A DNA stretch of 64,000 nucleotides from Vitrella brassicaformis CCMP3155 (Eukaryota > Protista > Chromerida): assembly GCA_001179505.1 (NCBI GenBank), contig CDMY01001052.1:124001-188000 (forward strand). Direction: 5' to 3'. Below the pieces are notes generated by a model. It searched no databases. It saw only the letters and a list, made by a program, of their open reading frames with translations, and was not told the DNA's origin. Within the stretch, counting starts at the first letter, position 1; every line of letters begins with the position of its first letter. The translations under genes were made by a program, and so were the position numbers. This document shows, piece by piece, positions 60,722 through 64,000 of the stretch.

Positions 60722-61996
60722 CTACCTCGCGCCCCTCATGTTCGCCCCTCCGAACCCGTAGACCGTGTTGAGCCTCGTCCCCACACTCACCTTGTCAGGG
60801 TTGATCTGACCATACTGATTGGGACCTGCATCAACGACAACACACACACACACACACATACACACACGAGAGTGGAGAAGACCATGCGTGTCGCTTGTTT
60901 CTCACCTGGCACCCCCCGTCTCAGCTTAACGTAGTAGTCAACGAAATTGTTGCCCTTGCCCTTGGTGAATGGAAAGGCAGGGGCCTTCGCTTCGGTCAGA
61001 CCTGACGTCAGCGGGCCCTCCTTGTACCCCTTATAGTGACCAGGACTGTCAAAACACACACACGCAGGCAAACACGTGTCTCTTGCTCCATCTCTCTCTC
61101 TCTCTCTGTGTCTCCGTCACACACACCCGGGCGCGTCACTTTTCTTGAGGGCCTTAATTCTCTCCCCTCCCGATTTCTTGACATCAAACGCCGGAGCCCC
61201 CATGTGCGGCTTCACCTTCTCGTACTTATACGCATTCGGCGCTGGGCTCTGGTGCGCCTTCCACACGGCATTCTCCAGGAAGGTCTTTTTCCTGCCCTTG
61301 GAGGCCGGCCCGCCCGTGACCCGTGGCAAGGTGACGTCAAGGGCGTCGGCCTTGTACTGGCCGGGGCCGGGCTCTTTGCTCTTGTGCTTTGGCACCGACA
61401 GACATGAACTGCATGGACGTCGAAAGGAGAAATGTCAGTCCAAGTGGGTCTGGTGTGGTGGTGTTCAATCGTCAATTTGTCTGTGTCCTGCTGTGTGTGG
61501 TGTGTCTGGAATGTATTGTATTGTGTGGTGTGGTGCTGGTGCCCTCACTCTCTCAATGACTCACTCACCCCTTGTCCAGCCCTGATTTCGAGAAGCTCCA
61601 CACTCCCGCACTCTTCTTCCCTTCCTCAGCCCACTGCATCCACCCCACACACGCACCACACAAACCCACACATAGAGAAGCATGCGAAAGGCGAAACCAA
61701 CACCAGGGAGAGCCCTCCCCCGGCCACATACATTGGATGCCTTGACGTACGTTCCCGGCCCTGGCACCGCTCTCGCCTGTTTGATGATTTTGTCGGTGAG
61801 GGCGCTGGCTTTCTCCTTGGGGAATATGATGTTCGGCAGCTTGTCTGGCGGGAAGTGCCTGCGGGGGGCCTGATAGTCCTCAGAGATGTCCACCACACCT
61901 GCGTCACACGCAAGAAGCAACGTGCCACAACCGATGGGGCCGGCCAGAAACGGATCATGCAGCTTACTCACCTGTGTCAACGAGGAATTCCCCCAT
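60722..61996 (-). CDS. STPG / SHIPPO (ODF3-like) PGP-repeat protein, axonemal-type (multi-exon)
   Basis: Repeated PGPGTY, PGPGQY, SPAPNAY, APG|SPGHY, VPG|PGPNQY motifs; start MGEFLVDT|GVVDISEDY; probable stop TAG 60722-60724. Confidence 0.8.
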
Positions 61997-62184
61997 CTTT
62001 GCCAGGCCTTTCCCACTCTTAGCTCAAAGCAGCCAAACCGCTCACCGGCAAACCCTGCAATTGAAACCCTGCGATCCACTGGTTTGCCATTCAGTTCTCC
62101 CAAAAAGGCTGTTCGTTGCTTTGGTGTGCGGCGTGGAGTGCAGTGCTGGCCAGCAAAGGCAGATATGCGCCGAGCAGCAACTTC

Positions 62185-63488
62185 ATGGTGGTGTCGTTGA
62201 GCGGTCGTCGGGACCCCCGGTCTCCCATGTCGATGGCGGAGCGCGTCGACCGGCTGGCCCTGACGCTGCTGGTATGCGTCATCTGCTGGCTGTGCGTCAC
62301 GGCATGGTCCGTCGCCTTCTCCTCCTGGCACAGCAGGCTCTACGCCATACGCTACTTCTCCACGTTCGAGAGGACCTTCAGCTGGGCCATTGTAGGACCA
62401 TAAGACGGCACAGACCACACCACCGCACAGCACAGCACAGCACAGCACACAAGAGAGTCAGCGAGGTCGATCAGTTTGCAGACCTGTGTGTGGTGTGATA
62501 TCTCTCTCTGCGCAGACACTGTGGCGTGTTCGGGCGGACAGGTCAACCATATTCCGGTTTGCTAATGGCGACAGCGTCGACAGACTCAAGAAGGCGGTGA
62601 GCACAGGAGAGCAGAGGATTGGCAGGCCTGTCAGCAGTGGGCGCACTGTGACTGCTGTCCTTTTGGGCTATGCAGATCTGTGATGGCTACATATGGGGTC
62701 AGTTCAACGACATCCCTCGCTGCCGTCATGCCGCCCAGTTCCTCCGCGCCACCCACGATCTGCTCGGCTGCCTGGGCACCGCCTCCCTGATCATCGCTGC
62801 CGCCTCGCTGATGCTGGCCAGACAGGCCAAGTGGCACAAGGGCGGCCGGCGGCTGCCCAGCGCCCTCTGCCTGACGGCCTCGTTCACTTCCCTCACCGGC
62901 TGTGTGCTCTACCTGCAGCGGACTGAGAGCTTCATGATTGACGTCAACCAGTTCGACGAGCGGCGGTTTGCGGGCGTGTCGCGCGACTCGTGGGCGCTGG
63001 CCTTGGGGTGGCATTCGGTGGTCAGCCTCTCGCTTGTCCTGGGCGTGGTCAGCCTGGTCGTCTGCACGTGCTTCCCCAGCCAGCCTTACGGCCATGGCCA
63101 CGAAGAGGGTGAGGGTGAGCAGGTTGTGGTGCGCCATCACGGCGGCTTCTACACCCACGCACATACGCACAGCAATGGCGGCAGCACCCACAGCCACAGC
63201 CAGTGCGAGGACGGGCTGTCGTCATTCCGACCCGCCGAGCACGAGTCGATATCGACGATGCTGACTGACGTGGCTACCGTCGGCCACTCCCCCGCCCCGT
63301 TGCCCTCTCCTCCCCCCGCCCCCTCTCCTGTCCCCTCTCTCCCGCTACCATCTCGCTCGGCATTCGTCAGCGCGTCAGGCGATATGAGCATCATCGCGTG
63401 GACCGGCCGGGAGCGGCAGGCCGACAGCCAGTGGCACAGCGTCTCCCGGGGGGTGTCGTTGCAGCCTGTGAGGCGGGGGGAGGGCTGA
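62185..63488 (+). CDS. Four-TM claudin/PMP22/amastin-like membrane protein (3 exons)
   Basis: TM1 LALTLLVCVICWLCVTAWSVAFSSW; loop with TLW and a Cys pair (ICDG..PRC); TM2 LLGCLGTASLIIAAASLML; TM3 ALCLTASFTSLTGCVLYL; TM4 LGWHSVVSLSLVLGVVSLVVCTCF; His/Pro/Ser-rich cytosolic tail. Confidence 0.6.
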
Positions 63489-64000
63489 CGAAGGGGGGGA
63501 AACCAGTGTGGGCGCGGTGCGTGTGGTGCGTGTGGTGTGGTGGGCGCACTTTTGTCGTAACTTCGTTTTTTGGCCTGCTTTGTGCTTGCTTTGTGATGCC
63601 CTCCCTCCCCCAACTCGTATGTGTGTATGGATCGCATGACGAGATGGATGGATGAGTGGGTGTTTGCTGTGGGTCCGTCTAGTTTATCATTGTTTTTGGG
63701 CTCTCCTGTAATCATGCGCACGGGAGGCCCATTCATTCCCAATTGCCCGAGCAAACGTCTTTCTCTCCCACCCTCTGTGTTTTGCCCTCGACTGCATGCA
63801 CGTGTGTCAAGCAAGACTACAGTCTGCACACGTGCTTGGATGGCTTGCGTCTGTCTGTCTGTCCGTCTGTCTGTCTGAGTTGGGGTGCGTATGTACAGCA
63901 GCTCGCTGCCGCCTGGCACAAAGGACAGAGAGAAGAGAAAAGGGCAGTCAGTTCAGATTGACAGAGGTTGGCCAGCCAGCCTCCGACAGACAGATGGATC

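Noticed and set aside
9001-63800. Scattered TGCATGCA-like octamers (known apicomplexan ApiAP2-type motif)
   Set aside because: The copies I noticed lie in introns and 3' intergenic DNA rather than in the divergent spacers, and are compatible with the general TG/CA-rich background.
1-64000. CRISPR arrays, operons, IS elements, rRNA/tRNA genes, transposase or reverse-transcriptase ORFs
   Set aside because: None seen. The repeats are simple microsatellites and the genes are spliced eukaryotic genes. A tRNAscan/Infernal run would be needed to exclude small RNAs.

Overview
Gene-dense, GC-rich, intron-rich eukaryotic nuclear DNA with no prokaryotic features. GT-AG introns packed with (CA/TG)n, (CTGT)n, (GATG)n and (GA)n microsatellites, a plastid-targeted CtpA protease with a signal peptide plus F-at-+1 transit leader, and flagellar genes all point to a photosynthetic alveolate, most likely the chromerid Vitrella brassicaformis (inference, not verified). 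By manual splicing I reconstruct 23 protein-coding genes and one MORN-repeat pseudo-exon: Cys-rich/EGF secreted protein, Reeler protein, NOP56, NCS2 xanthine/urate permease, U-box+NHR E3 ligase, divergent kinesin, AAAP amino-acid transporter, cytochrome b5, LIV-1 ZIP transporter, SLC35D-like nucleotide-sugar transporter, a mitochondrial-type hypothetical, pirin, arylsulfate sulfotransferase, F-box-like/RCC1 protein, Obg GTPase, CBM20 protein, CtpA, HPR/OPR protein, multipass+IPT membrane protein, a hypothetical, lebercilin-like, STPG-repeat and claudin-like proteins. Twenty of the 23 genes sit in 10 head-to-head pairs, nine of them with only about 60-280 bp between start codons. The most notable items are a kinesin lacking switch-II catalytic residues, a bacterial-type secreted sulfotransferase carrying an acidic Tyr-rich insert, a U-box+neuralized fusion, a claudin-like tetraspan protein and an uncharacterised multipass/IPT surface protein. 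There are two 300-nt assembly gaps. Exon boundaries were read by eye and all family calls come from motif recognition, not database searches.
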